Positions 47,470-57,321 are shown, counted from the first letter of the stretch. The stretch is 64,000 nucleotides of DNA from Candidatus Kaiserbacteria bacterium (GCA_016699245.1 CP064968.1:768317-832316); one strand, 5' to 3'. Made by a program: numbers and translations. Notes: a model not told the origin generated them from the letters alone.

Positions 47470-49266
47470 ATGCGACTCACTGACTTCATTCAACAAAAAA
47501 AGCAAGAGGCGGTGGAGATGGTGCCTACCAATGCACCCCTCACCACACCGGATATTGTGGCGCCTTCAGCTATTAATGTTACCCCTCGCACGATCAATAT
47601 CAGTGGCCGTGTTTCTCGTATTTTTTTTGCGGTTTCCTACCCACGGTATCTCAATGATGGTTGGCTTGAGCCAATTCTTAATCTCGAGCGAGAAATAGAC
47701 GTATCCATTGTCATTCACCCCATCGACACTGCAGAAACCCTTAAGAAATTTCAAAAAAAGGTTGCTGAGGTGCAGAGCCAAATCAATGAACGAGCAGATA
47801 AAGGAATGGTGCGTGACCCTCTCCTCGATGCAGCATACCGCAATCTTGAGGAACTTCGAGACAAACTCCAGCAAGCAGAGGAAAAGCTTTTTAATGTTGG
47901 GCTCTACATTGCACTCTATGGAGATACGGAAGCAACGCTCGATAAGATTGAGGCTGAGGTGAAAGGCTCACTTGATACACGCCTCATTTACATGAAGCCT
48001 GCTCTCTTCCAACAAGAAGACGGGTTTTTGAGCGTACTCCCTATTCTCTCTGATAAACTCCTTGTGCATAGCAAATTTAATTCTTCGCCGCTGTCGAGTT
48101 TCTTTCCCTTTATATCGTCTGATCTCACTTCAGATACGGGTATTTTGTATGGTATCAACCGTCAAAATGGCTCCCTTATTCTTTTTGACCGATTTAAACT
48201 TACCAACTACAACTCAGTCACTTTTGCTACCTCGGGAGCAGGGAAGTCATACACCACCAAACTCGAGATTCTCCGTTCACTCATGTTTGGCACCGAGGTC
48301 ATTGTCATAGACCCTGAACGTGAATATGAATATCTTGCTGAGGCCACGGGCGGAAAGTTCCTCAATATTTCGCTTTCTTCAAAACACCACATCAACCCAT
48401 TCGATTTACCAGTCCCGCAGTCTGACGAGGATCCAAAAGACCTGCTCCGTTCACATATTATTGAGTTGGTAGGACTATTTCGGCTCATGCTCGGGGGACT
48501 TACCCCAGAAGAAGACGCGGTGATTGATAATGCTCTCCATGAGGTATATGCACTTAAAGACATTACCGGTGCAGGCGACTACCGTGACCTCACTCCACCA
48601 CTCCTCACTGACTTTGAAATGGTGCTCGCGGGTATGGAAGGAAGTGAATCGCTTGTGCAGCGCCTTACCAAATACACATCGGGTACCTGGGCGGGCTTTA
48701 TGAATGAATCCACCAACGTGGATATCAATCAAAAATTCATTGTCTTTTCCTTACGCGACATGGAAGAGGAACTTAAGACCATTGCGATGTACATCGTCAC
48801 CAACCATATCTGGAGTGCCGTGCGGCGCGAACTCAAGAAGCGCCTTCTCGTGATTGATGAAGCGTGGTGGATGCTGAAGTCAGAAGACACTGCCGCATTC
48901 CTCCACAACATGGCTAAGCGTGGACGTAAATACTATCTAGGACTTGCGACAATTACTCAGGATGTGGATGACTTCCTCCGCTCACCGTATGGCGTACCGA
49001 TGATTACGAACTCCTCCATTCAACTGCTCATGAAGCAGTCCCCTACTGCTGTGGACACCTTGCAAAGTGTGTTCAATCTCACGAACGAGGAAAAACTGAT
49101 GCTTCTTGAGTCAAGTGTCGGGGAAGGGATTTTCTTTCTTGGGCTTAAACATGTTGCGATTAAAGTCCTCCCCTCATACACCGAAGACCAAATCATCACC
49201 TCAGACCCCTCGCAATTGTTACAAATAAGACGCGCTCGTGAAGAACTTGGAGGAGCACCTAAATAA
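47470..49266 (+). CDS. VirB4/TraC/TrsE-family type IV secretion ATPase (C-terminal 598 aa)
   Basis: Walker A motif FATSGAGKSY and Walker B motif LLVIDEAWWML. Confidence 0.8.
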   Translation: MRLTDFIQQKKQEAVEMVPTNAPLTTPDIVAPSAINVTPRTINISGRVSRIFFAVSYPRYLNDGWLEPILNLEREIDVSIVIHPIDTAETLKKFQKKVAEVQSQINERADKGMVRDPLLDAAYRNLEELRDKLQQAEEKLFNVGLYIALYGDTEATLDKIEAEVKGSLDTRLIYMKPALFQQEDGFLSVLPILSDKLLVHSKFNSSPLSSFFPFISSDLTSDTGILYGINRQNGSLILFDRFKLTNYNSVTFATSGAGKSYTTKLEILRSLMFGTEVIVIDPEREYEYLAEATGGKFLNISLSSKHHINPFDLPVPQSDEDPKDLLRSHIIELVGLFRLMLGGLTPEEDAVIDNALHEVYALKDITGAGDYRDLTPPLLTDFEMVLAGMEGSESLVQRLTKYTSGTWAGFMNESTNVDINQKFIVFSLRDMEEELKTIAMYIVTNHIWSAVRRELKKRLLVIDEAWWMLKSEDTAAFLHNMAKRGRKYYLGLATITQDVDDFLRSPYGVPMITNSSIQLLMKQSPTAVDTLQSVFNLTNEEKLMLLESSVGEGIFFLGLKHVAIKVLPSYTEDQIITSDPSQLLQIRRAREELGGAPK

Positions 49267-49267
49267 T

Positions 49268-49978
49268 ATGCCAGAAGAATCACGCGATACAAGACGAGGT
49301 ATTCAAAACGTACAAGGACGAGTGTCCCGCATTCCGAGCCGTGAGACGGTGGGCGAACGCCATCTACGGGGTGGGAAATGGAGTCCTGAAGCAGCGAATG
49401 ATGCTGGGGCCATTCAGGCTGCTAATGACGACGCATATGCTGCAGAAAATGCCATGATGATTGCTGAAGCACAGGAATCCGCAAACCAATCACGAATACA
49501 GCAAGCCATCAAAGAAAAAGGGAAAAAAATGCTTTTAAAAAAGCTTGCGAGCGAAAAAACACTTTTGGCACGCACATCCATTCGTTCAACGCTCTGGTAT
49601 GCACTCATTGCGTACGTCCTACAAATATTTTTTGCTGTTGGTGCAATGCTGGGTTTTGGAGGTCACGCTGTGGTGCTGTATCTCAGACACGAAACTATTG
49701 TTGGACGGGTTTTTGGTGTTTTAATTGATTTTCAAAATATACTTCCCTTTGAAGGTCTTGGGTATGTATTCTGGGGACTCGGTATTGTGCTTTCACTTGC
49801 ATTACTTATTGGTTATAATTTATTTTTCTTTTTTATCGGTATTTCCGTATTACGGAGTTCCACAATGTTTCTCATCATGGTGGTGTGCTTCGCCTTCAAT
49901 ATTATCCCATTCATCAATATTCTTCCCTGGCTCTTGTTGTGGGTTATCTACATGTCTTTGTTCAGTTCACGTGAATGA
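49268..49978 (+). CDS. Polytopic membrane protein
   Basis: 4 TM helices; the start is the Met just after the VirB4 stop. Confidence 0.4.
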   Translation: MPEESRDTRRGIQNVQGRVSRIPSRETVGERHLRGGKWSPEAANDAGAIQAANDDAYAAENAMMIAEAQESANQSRIQQAIKEKGKKMLLKKLASEKTLLARTSIRSTLWYALIAYVLQIFFAVGAMLGFGGHAVVLYLRHETIVGRVFGVLIDFQNILPFEGLGYVFWGLGIVLSLALLIGYNLFFFFIGISVLRSSTMFLIMVVCFAFNIIPFINILPWLLLWVIYMSLFSSRE

Positions 49979-51009
49979 AATTAATTATGCACATGATACA
50001 CTATAAGAGTATGCACCACATAGACTCATATCGTTCAGTCACAATCACTGCTTGTTTGTTTATTCTGGGTTGTATTTTCAGCACAGCATTGCCGTCGAGC
50101 GCTTTTGCTCAGGTGCCTTCTTTTATAGGGAGCAGTATTTACCTTGAATCAAAGCCCCAGTATCCTGAGCCACAGAGTACCGCAACCGTATCGTTAAATG
50201 ACTATAGTGTGAATACATTTGGAGCAACTATCAACTGGTTTGTAAACGGAGTGGAGCAGGTAGGAGCAAAAAACAATCGTTCCATTACCGTTCCTACTCG
50301 TGAGATTGGGTCACAAGAAGTTGTGAAAGCAGTTCTTTCATATACAAACGCACCCTCACAGACAGCAACACTCACGCTTACGCCCATAGTCATCGATATC
50401 ATCCTAGAGGCAGATACCTACGTTCCTTCATTTTATAAAGGACGTGCACTTCCAAGTCAGGAATCCAGAGTTCGTGCTATTGCTCTCGTCCATGATGCAA
50501 AGGGTGGCATAAAAGGTAATTATGTATATAAATGGTCTGCGGGGAGCACTGTTCTTCTCGGTGGGCCAGTAAAGGGTAAGTTTATACTTGAATACGCCAT
50601 GCCTCGATATAGTGATAATGAACTTACGGTGGAAGTATTAAATACGGAAGGCACTACCCTTGGAAAAAAGACTATCCTTTTGAACCCCGAAGAAACTCAA
50701 TTGCATTTCTATGAATATAGTTCACTCCGTGGACTTTCTGAACGCACCGTTGCGAATCCCTTTTCTCTCATTAGTGAGGAGACCACCCTCTATGGTGAGC
50801 CCTATTTCATGAATACCCGCATAAATACAGCAGAAGCGGACTTCACATGGACCCTCGACAACAATGCAGTAGTTCCTAACCAAGATGCTCCCAACGCAAT
50901 AACACTGAGACGTACTGGTATCACAGGCACCTCTGAAGTCTCCTTGCGTGTGGTTACCAAAAATCGAATTCCACAATATGTGATGCAAAAGCTTCAACTT
51001 ATATTTTAA
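49975..51009 (+). CDS. Secreted protein with a signal peptide
   Basis: Signal peptide ending ..SSAFAQ. Confidence 0.4.
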   Translation: MKLIMHMIHYKSMHHIDSYRSVTITACLFILGCIFSTALPSSAFAQVPSFIGSSIYLESKPQYPEPQSTATVSLNDYSVNTFGATINWFVNGVEQVGAKNNRSITVPTREIGSQEVVKAVLSYTNAPSQTATLTLTPIVIDIILEADTYVPSFYKGRALPSQESRVRAIALVHDAKGGIKGNYVYKWSAGSTVLLGGPVKGKFILEYAMPRYSDNELTVEVLNTEGTTLGKKTILLNPEETQLHFYEYSSLRGLSERTVANPFSLISEETTLYGEPYFMNTRINTAEADFTWTLDNNAVVPNQDAPNAITLRRTGITGTSEVSLRVVTKNRIPQYVMQKLQLIF

Positions 51010-51011
51010 TT

Positions 51012-51788
51012 ATGAATACAACTCTCTATCGTGTCTCACCAGTAGGTATTTTCTTCCTTATCCTTAGTATGTTCTGTATCTTCTTTGCAACACCTCTGTT
51101 TGTAACAGGTGTGAGTGCTCAAGCACCAACTACACAACAAGACTGTTGGAATGCCCTCGGTACTTGGAACGGTACAACATGTACTAATATTCCTGCCACA
51201 ACAGGTGGAGGGACTGGTGGAGCAGTAGGTGGGGGGGGTGGGGGTGGAGTTAAATACACTCCACTTGTGGGTATCCCCGGTATAAGTGGCACACCGTCAC
51301 TCCCTGATTATATTAATAAGATATATTTGCTTACTATTGCAGTCGGTGTGTTTATTGCAATTCTCCGTATTGCATACGCGGGTGTGAAATACAGTATGTC
51401 GGGTGTCGTGACCGATAAAGCGAGTGCCAAGAGTGATATCAAGGGTGTTCTTATAGGGCTTGCTATTCTCCTTTTGCCAGCACTTGTTCTCAATACCATT
51501 AACCCCAATTTACTTCGTCTTGATTTTCTTAATGGTCTTCCAAAGTTGGATACATCTGCTGGTTCAATAAAGAATCCCGGTGGAGCGGGTGGTGCAAGTG
51601 GGCCAGGTTTTGCGAATAGCTCCGGGAGTGCAGGGGCTAAGGCTCCAACCTCACAACAAGATTGTTGGGATGCTCTCGGTACTTGGAATGGCACTGCATG
51701 TACTAATATTCCTACCGTATCAGGTAATGCGGGTGCAGGGAATAGCGTCAACTGTGCTGCAACCCCCCAATTGTGTCTTGACCCCTAA
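51012..51788 (+). CDS. VirB2/TrbC-like pilin candidate with a Gly-rich tract and duplicated Cys motifs
   Basis: Signal peptide, then a core of two hydrophobic helices (LTIAVGVFIAIL..VLIGLAILLLPALV) resembling TrbC/VirB2; QQDCW.ALGTWNGT.CTNIP occurs both before and after the core. Confidence 0.4.
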   Translation: MNTTLYRVSPVGIFFLILSMFCIFFATPLFVTGVSAQAPTTQQDCWNALGTWNGTTCTNIPATTGGGTGGAVGGGGGGGVKYTPLVGIPGISGTPSLPDYINKIYLLTIAVGVFIAILRIAYAGVKYSMSGVVTDKASAKSDIKGVLIGLAILLLPALVLNTINPNLLRLDFLNGLPKLDTSAGSIKNPGGAGGASGPGFANSSGSAGAKAPTSQQDCWDALGTWNGTACTNIPTVSGNAGAGNSVNCAATPQLCLDP

Positions 51789-51797
51789 CATTATCTT

Positions 51798-52943
51798 ATG
51801 AAAAATATATTTATTATAATCGGCGTACTCGTTTTTGTTTTAGTGTTAGGAATATGGGCATATCTATTTACATTTGGTACCCCCCAAAGTGGCGCTGAAA
51901 TATTCACGCGATTTAGTGGGGGGAGTGATGCAGAAACATTCATACCTCCTGAAAACACGAGCATTGATGTGAGTGATGTGGACACTCTTGGTGCGCCTCA
52001 AGCACTCAAGCAACTTACCACACGTCCCGTAGCAGGAGCAGGATTTACCAGTGATGGTATACGGTATGTAGAGCAGGGAACAGGGCATGTATACGACATC
52101 AATCTTCAGACTGGAGCTGAAACACTTCAGAGTGGCACGACAATCCCTGGTGCGCGCGATGCTGTATTTTCTGATGATGGCTTATACGCGGCAATTACCA
52201 TGCTTGACGAAGGAGATGAGAGGACGTTGGTAGGTAAACTGACATCAGGCACACAATTTTCTGGAGTGACACTCCCACTTGGCGCAAAAAATATTGCTTT
52301 TGTTAATGCATCGGGGACACTGGAATACACGATAAACGAAGGGTATAGTACTCTCGGGTACTCGTACAATATGATGAAAGAGGCGGATACAATGGTGTTT
52401 AACTTGCCACTCAAAGATGTGGGAGTATTGTGGGGAAACCCTACCTATGTATTTACAACACCTTCCACCAAACAAATGGGCTACCTCTATCAAGTAATTA
52501 AAAACGATCTCCACTATGTAACAAAGGGAGGTCGTGGCCTCGCAAGTTTTGCTACTCATGATGGTGTCATGGTAACGCGTTCTACTGATACACTCGTAAA
52601 GTCTTTTCTTATAACTTTAGATGGCGAGCGAGTAACACAGCCACTTCCATACATTCCTGAAAAATGCGTGTCAGGTGAAACCTTCCTCTACTGTGCAATC
52701 CCAAAAGAGACCCTCAACACCCAAGCGTTTCCTGATGACTGGTACATGGGTGACGTTTCATTTGATGATTCGCTTTGGATAGTCGACACCAAAAATCAAA
52801 AAGCGGAGGTGCTTGTAGACTTTACTGGTGCAAGTGGCCGCGCGATAGATGTACTTAAAATTGGTGCAGACAAGGAAGGGAAGCGTGTATACCTCATCAA
52901 TAAAAATGACAACACGCTCTGGCTCTTTGATACCACTCTCTAA
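51798..52943 (+). CDS. Exported protein with an N-terminal TM anchor
   Basis: 381 aa; N-terminal hydrophobic segment. Confidence 0.4.
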   Translation: MKNIFIIIGVLVFVLVLGIWAYLFTFGTPQSGAEIFTRFSGGSDAETFIPPENTSIDVSDVDTLGAPQALKQLTTRPVAGAGFTSDGIRYVEQGTGHVYDINLQTGAETLQSGTTIPGARDAVFSDDGLYAAITMLDEGDERTLVGKLTSGTQFSGVTLPLGAKNIAFVNASGTLEYTINEGYSTLGYSYNMMKEADTMVFNLPLKDVGVLWGNPTYVFTTPSTKQMGYLYQVIKNDLHYVTKGGRGLASFATHDGVMVTRSTDTLVKSFLITLDGERVTQPLPYIPEKCVSGETFLYCAIPKETLNTQAFPDDWYMGDVSFDDSLWIVDTKNQKAEVLVDFTGASGRAIDVLKIGADKEGKRVYLINKNDNTLWLFDTTL

Positions 52944-52963
52944 ATTCCGCACACAGACAGATA

Positions 52964-52986
52964 AAAACAGCCTACGGCTGTTTTTG
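52964..52986. terminator. Bidirectional terminator hairpin (aaaaacagcc-tac-ggctgttttt)
   Basis: Lies between the convergent 3' ends of the T4SS-like cluster and yidC. Confidence 0.65.
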
Positions 52987-53003
52987 TTTGTCTCCACACG
53001 TGT

Positions 53004-53753
53004 TTATTTTGTTGTATGAGGAAGCTTTAATCCCTTGTGGCGCACCACATATTCCTGCCCAATCGATACAATATTGCTGATAGTGAAGTAAAGTGCAATC
53101 GCTGCGGAAATGGTGTATGCAGCTATAATGATAATTACCGGCATGACGTACTTCATTTGAATGTGCATACTGCGTGCGAAATCATCTTTGAAGTTTGGCT
53201 CTGCTTTGGGGTCCTTCGGTTTTTGTGGAGGAAGGGTAAGATGGGTAAGAATGTATTGCGTGACTCCGGCAAGGAGAGCGAGCGGAAGACTCCGTGCGGT
53301 AATGTCCATAAACCCAAGGAAAATCATATTCACTGTCTCGGGGGTAGGAATAAATGAATAGAGAAGAACGGTATTGATATCAGGAAGCTTAACACCACCT
53401 CCAGAAGATACAGAAAGGTATAAGGCAATAACGATAGGGATCTGAAGGAAGAGAATGAAAATACTGGCAAATGGATTTACCTTTGCTTCGCGGAAAAGTT
53501 CCATAGTCTTTGTCGCCTGCATCTCACGCTGGTCTTTAAAATCCTCTTTTATTTTAGCGAGTTTTGGCTCAAGCTCGCGCATTGCGAGTTGTGTACGAGC
53601 TGCTTTGAGTGAAATGGGGAGGAGTATCAATTTTACCAATATCACCGTACAGATAATCGCAAGCCCCACATCACCATCACGCACGACATCAATAAAAAAA
53701 ACGAGGCTATTATAGACAGGGTCAAAGAAAAATGTATGCCAGATTGAACTCAT
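53004..53753 (-). CDS. yidC: Membrane protein insertase YidC/Oxa1 (short form)
   Basis: 249 aa with conserved YidC core helices; follows rnpA. Confidence 0.8.
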   Translation of the reverse strand: MSSIWHTFFFDPVYNSLVFFIDVVRDGDVGLAIICTVILVKLILLPISLKAARTQLAMRELEPKLAKIKEDFKDQREMQATKTMELFREAKVNPFASIFILFLQIPIVIALYLSVSSGGGVKLPDINTVLLYSFIPTPETVNMIFLGFMDITARSLPLALLAGVTQYILTHLTLPPQKPKDPKAEPNFKDDFARSMHIQMKYVMPVIIIIAAYTISAAIALYFTISNIVSIGQEYVVRHKGLKLPHTTK

Positions 53754-54121
53754 AGAAGTGTACTCATATTACTAGTATTTTGTATGGATGTACTCAGTCG
53801 TGCGTATACTTCGGATTTAAGAGAAGTATATGGTGTATTCTCTACACCTTTTTTGGTCAAAAAAATAAATACCCCACGCACCTCCGTCTCAGTGCGGTAG
53901 TGTCTCACAATATCATATATTCGTCGCCGAATCTTGTTGCGTACAACTGCATGATTGGATATTTTTTTAGATACCACTACTGATACATGCAGTGCCGGGG
54001 AAGGAGCATATACCAAGGTAAAGAGGGGGGAGTGATAACGCTTCCCCACAGAAAAAAAACGATTGAATTCTAATCTGCTCAATCGTTCTTTTTTAGGAAG
54101 CATATGCTTAGTATAGCGCAC
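53750..54121 (-). CDS. rnpA: RNase P protein component
   Basis: KISNHAVVRNKIRRRI motif; rpmH-rnpA-yidC synteny. Confidence 0.85.
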   Translation of the reverse strand: MRYTKHMLPKKERLSRLEFNRFFSVGKRYHSPLFTLVYAPSPALHVSVVVSKKISNHAVVRNKIRRRIYDIVRHYRTETEVRGVFIFLTKKGVENTPYTSLKSEVYARLSTSIQNTSNMSTLL

Positions 54122-54175
54122 TATATCGAGGCATAGTATAAAACGTCACGTAAAAAGGCACGCAGGGGCCTTTTC

Positions 54176-54313
54176 TTAAACGCTTAGCTTTGCTCGTCCT
54201 TTACGGCGTCGTGCGGCGAGTACCGCGCTCCCTGACGCACTTGCTGAACGCACGAGAAACCCGTGGGTTGTTGCTCGTTTTCGCTTTTTTGGTTGATAGG
54301 TTCGTTTTGGCAT
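54176..54313 (-). CDS. rpmH: 50S ribosomal protein L34 (45 aa; too short to appear in the ORF track)
   Basis: Manual translation of the minus strand gives [45 protein letters not shown], a clear L34. Confidence 0.85.
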   Translation of the reverse strand: MPKRTYQPKKRKRATTHGFLVRSASASGSAVLAARRRKGRAKLSV

Positions 54314-54515
54314 ATATAAAATGTTGTGGCTCACACTCTACACCACAAACCATTTTTAATCAATACGCATGTAATATGACAAAGGGACTCATCTTTGACA
54401 AATAGGTTATACACGACTCTCCCCATCCTATACACAGCCCCTATACACAATGAGTACTATATATCCCATTTATTGAATATTGTTTACACTTTTCTACAGA
54501 CACGTATAATACTTC
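54314..54515. promoter_or_regulatory. rpmH-dnaA divergent intergenic region with DnaA-box-like repeats (cctatacaca x2)
   Basis: TATACACA variants of the DnaA box; AT-rich. Confidence 0.4.
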
Positions 54516-55925
54516 TTGTCGTTTAGCATTTCCTCTATGCAATCTATGAGTTCCATTTCAAACATCTCAACAAATATAATACACACTGAGCAGATAGATA
54601 TAAAAAAGCTCTGGGATGATGCGCTCGTAAGTATAGAACTCTCCATTACTTCAGCAAATTTTAAAACGTGGTTTCGCGATACACAGATTGTATCGGTAGA
54701 GGATGGCACCGTGACACTGGGGGTGCCGAGTGTCTTTGTGCGCGATTGGGTTGCAGACAAATTTCAAACACTTATTTTAAAGACGCTTCGCGACCTTACC
54801 CCCCACGCGCGAAGTATCGAATACGCTGTAGTCCAACGCACCGACCGTAAACAAGAGTCGTCGCGTAAACAGACGGTAAACGCTGCCCTTCCACTTGAAG
54901 AGTATTACATAAACAAAAGCGACAACCTCAATCCAAAGTATGTTTTTGATAACTTTGTCGTAGGTCCCTTTAATGAACTTGCGCATGCAGCAGCACGTAC
55001 TGTGGTTAATAAGCCTGGCATCGCATACAATCCACTTTTTATATACGGAAAGACAGGGCATGGAAAGACGCACCTCATACAGGCTGTGGGGAACCAATTA
55101 AAACGTGTGGGGAAGAAAGTGTTTTATGTAACCAGTGAGCGTTTTACTGTCGATTATATGAATGCTCTCCAAAATGGTACTGCAAACGGATTTAAGGATA
55201 AATACCGCCAATACGATGTGCTTGTGATGGATGATGTACAATTTTTGATGAATAAAGAAAAGACACAGGAGGAACTCTTCCATCTTTTTAACTCTATGCA
55301 CGACAACAACAAACAAATTGTGTTTTCGAGTGATGTACACCCCGCAATCATGTCGAATATGGAAGATCGTCTCAGGTCGCGTTTTGCACAGGGAATGATT
55401 GTTGATATACCTGAACCTGATTTTGAATCTCGTGGTGCTATTTTACGCTCTAAAGCAGCACAAAATAGCCTTACCTTGAGTGATGATGTGGTGGAACACC
55501 TCTCACATACTATTGATGGCAATGTGCGTGAAATTGAAGGTGCACTCAATACTATTTTGTGTCAATCACAACTCTTAGGGCGCACGTTAAATCTTGACGA
55601 AGTAAAGGTGCTTATTAAAAACAGCACACGTCCGCGCAAATCACTTGCGGTCTCTGATGTAGTGGATAAAGTTGCACGGTATTTTGATATTGACCCCGCA
55701 AGTATCTACGAAAAAACACGTCGTAAAGAAGTGGTGAAGCCGCGGCAACTTATTATGTATATCCTAAGGGAGGATTTTCAAGTATCATATCCTGCAATTG
55801 GACAAAAACTGGGTGGTAGGGATCACACGACTGTGATTCACTCCTGTGAAAAAATTAAGCATGAGGTGAAGGAAAGTGCTGAACTCGAAGAGGAGATTTC
55901 ACAAATCCGTCTCCTTTTGAAATAA
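54516..55925 (+). CDS. dnaA: Chromosomal replication initiator DnaA
   Basis: AAA+ Walker A motif GKTGHGKTHL; C-terminal DnaA DNA-binding domain. Confidence 0.9.
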   Translation: MSFSISSMQSMSSISNISTNIIHTEQIDIKKLWDDALVSIELSITSANFKTWFRDTQIVSVEDGTVTLGVPSVFVRDWVADKFQTLILKTLRDLTPHARSIEYAVVQRTDRKQESSRKQTVNAALPLEEYYINKSDNLNPKYVFDNFVVGPFNELAHAAARTVVNKPGIAYNPLFIYGKTGHGKTHLIQAVGNQLKRVGKKVFYVTSERFTVDYMNALQNGTANGFKDKYRQYDVLVMDDVQFLMNKEKTQEELFHLFNSMHDNNKQIVFSSDVHPAIMSNMEDRLRSRFAQGMIVDIPEPDFESRGAILRSKAAQNSLTLSDDVVEHLSHTIDGNVREIEGALNTILCQSQLLGRTLNLDEVKVLIKNSTRPRKSLAVSDVVDKVARYFDIDPASIYEKTRRKEVVKPRQLIMYILREDFQVSYPAIGQKLGGRDHTTVIHSCEKIKHEVKESAELEEEISQIRLLLK

Positions 55926-56215
55926 GGTGGGGGATATGTGTGGAAAAGTTCTTTATAAAAGTATGGACTACTATTACAAACACCTGTGTATAGAAAGAAT
56001 TAATAGTGGTGTAGGAGACGATTAAGAGGAGTATGGATGTTATGTATAAAATACATCCACACCCTTTTATACAGTTTCATACACACTATACCCAATTCTA
56101 TACAAAGCCAGATATACAAAAAGATTTATAATAAGCCACATTAAAGCAATATCCACACATCCACACCACTAATAATAAGGAATACTGTTTTTAAAAGAAA
56201 AAATAATAGACACGT
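55926..56215. promoter_or_regulatory. Candidate oriC in the dnaA-dnaN intergenic region: multiple DnaA boxes plus an AT-rich unwinding region
   Basis: ATCCACAC-type boxes at ~56051-56064 and 56149-56168 (aatatccacacatccacacc); further TTATACA/TGTGTAT variants; the AT-rich run ttttaaaagaaaaaataata precedes dnaN. Confidence 0.55.
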
Positions 56216-57307
56216 ATGCACATCACTATTGAAACAAAACAATTGAAACAAGTACTCGATATTGTTTCTAAAGTGAGTACAAAACACATCACTCTCCCTG
56301 TACTACAATGTGTGCTCCTTAATGTGTCAGGAACTACACTTGTTATAAAAGCAACAAACCTTGAGATTGGCATTGAGGGAACGCTTACGGTAAAAGTAGA
56401 AGAGGAGGGTGTTATTGCAGTGCCTGCATATATTTTAGTACAGACAGTGAATCTTATTTCACAACCATCTATTACCTTAACTACCGAAGGTGAAGTATTG
56501 GTAGTAGAGGCACGAGACTCACGTACAGAAATTAAAAGTATTCCTGCTGGTGATTTCCCAAGTATTCCTCATATCTCAAGTAACCCTATCACTATACAAG
56601 GGCATCTTTTTGCGCTCGGAATTAAAACAACTGCATTTACTGCGTCACAATCTTCAATTAAGCCAGAGTTGGGGAGTATCTATATTCATCAAAAAAAAGA
56701 GCATGCACTCACGTTTGTAGCGACTGACTCATTTCGTTTAATGGAAAAAACAATTCCACAAAAAGGAGTTGTACTTGAAGAAGCAATTCTTATACCGTAT
56801 AAAAACGCCCTTGAACTCTCACGAGTAATAGATGATGTATCAGGAGATGTGCAACTCTTTGTTACTGAAAATCAATGCGCTCTCACCGTTGGAAATATTT
56901 ATATTACCTCACGTTTAATTACGGGTACATTTCCCGATTACGCTCAGATTATTCCAAAAGAATATAAAACAACTATTACTACCCTCACCAGTGATTTTGC
57001 ACAAGCGCTTAAAAAAACCAATATATTCCTTAATAAATTCATGCAACTTACGCTCACTATCTCTGAGGGTACGTGCAGTCTTTCTTCACAAAGTGGTGAG
57101 GCAGGAGCTACTACTGAGTCAATAAAAGCACATATTGAAGGAGAGGATCTTACACTTAATTTTAATCAACGCTACATTCATGAAGTAATTCCCCATATTC
57201 AAAGTGATAGTATCCTTTTAAAATGTGCCGGTGTAGGCCGTCCTATGGTGATAGAGAACATTAATGATAGTTCTTTACGCTACCTCGTAATGCCTATGAA
57301 TAAATGA
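56216..57307 (+). CDS. dnaN: DNA polymerase III beta sliding clamp
   Basis: 363 aa with a three-domain beta-clamp pattern; located immediately after dnaA. Confidence 0.85.
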   Translation: MHITIETKQLKQVLDIVSKVSTKHITLPVLQCVLLNVSGTTLVIKATNLEIGIEGTLTVKVEEEGVIAVPAYILVQTVNLISQPSITLTTEGEVLVVEARDSRTEIKSIPAGDFPSIPHISSNPITIQGHLFALGIKTTAFTASQSSIKPELGSIYIHQKKEHALTFVATDSFRLMEKTIPQKGVVLEEAILIPYKNALELSRVIDDVSGDVQLFVTENQCALTVGNIYITSRLITGTFPDYAQIIPKEYKTTITTLTSDFAQALKKTNIFLNKFMQLTLTISEGTCSLSSQSGEAGATTESIKAHIEGEDLTLNFNQRYIHEVIPHIQSDSILLKCAGVGRPMVIENINDSSLRYLVMPMNK

Positions 57308-57321
57308 CCGAAAAATAATAT

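Noticed and set aside
54190-54405. 71-aa plus-strand ORF in the rpmH region
   Set aside because: The minus strand encodes a textbook ribosomal protein L34 here. The plus-strand ORF is its shadow.
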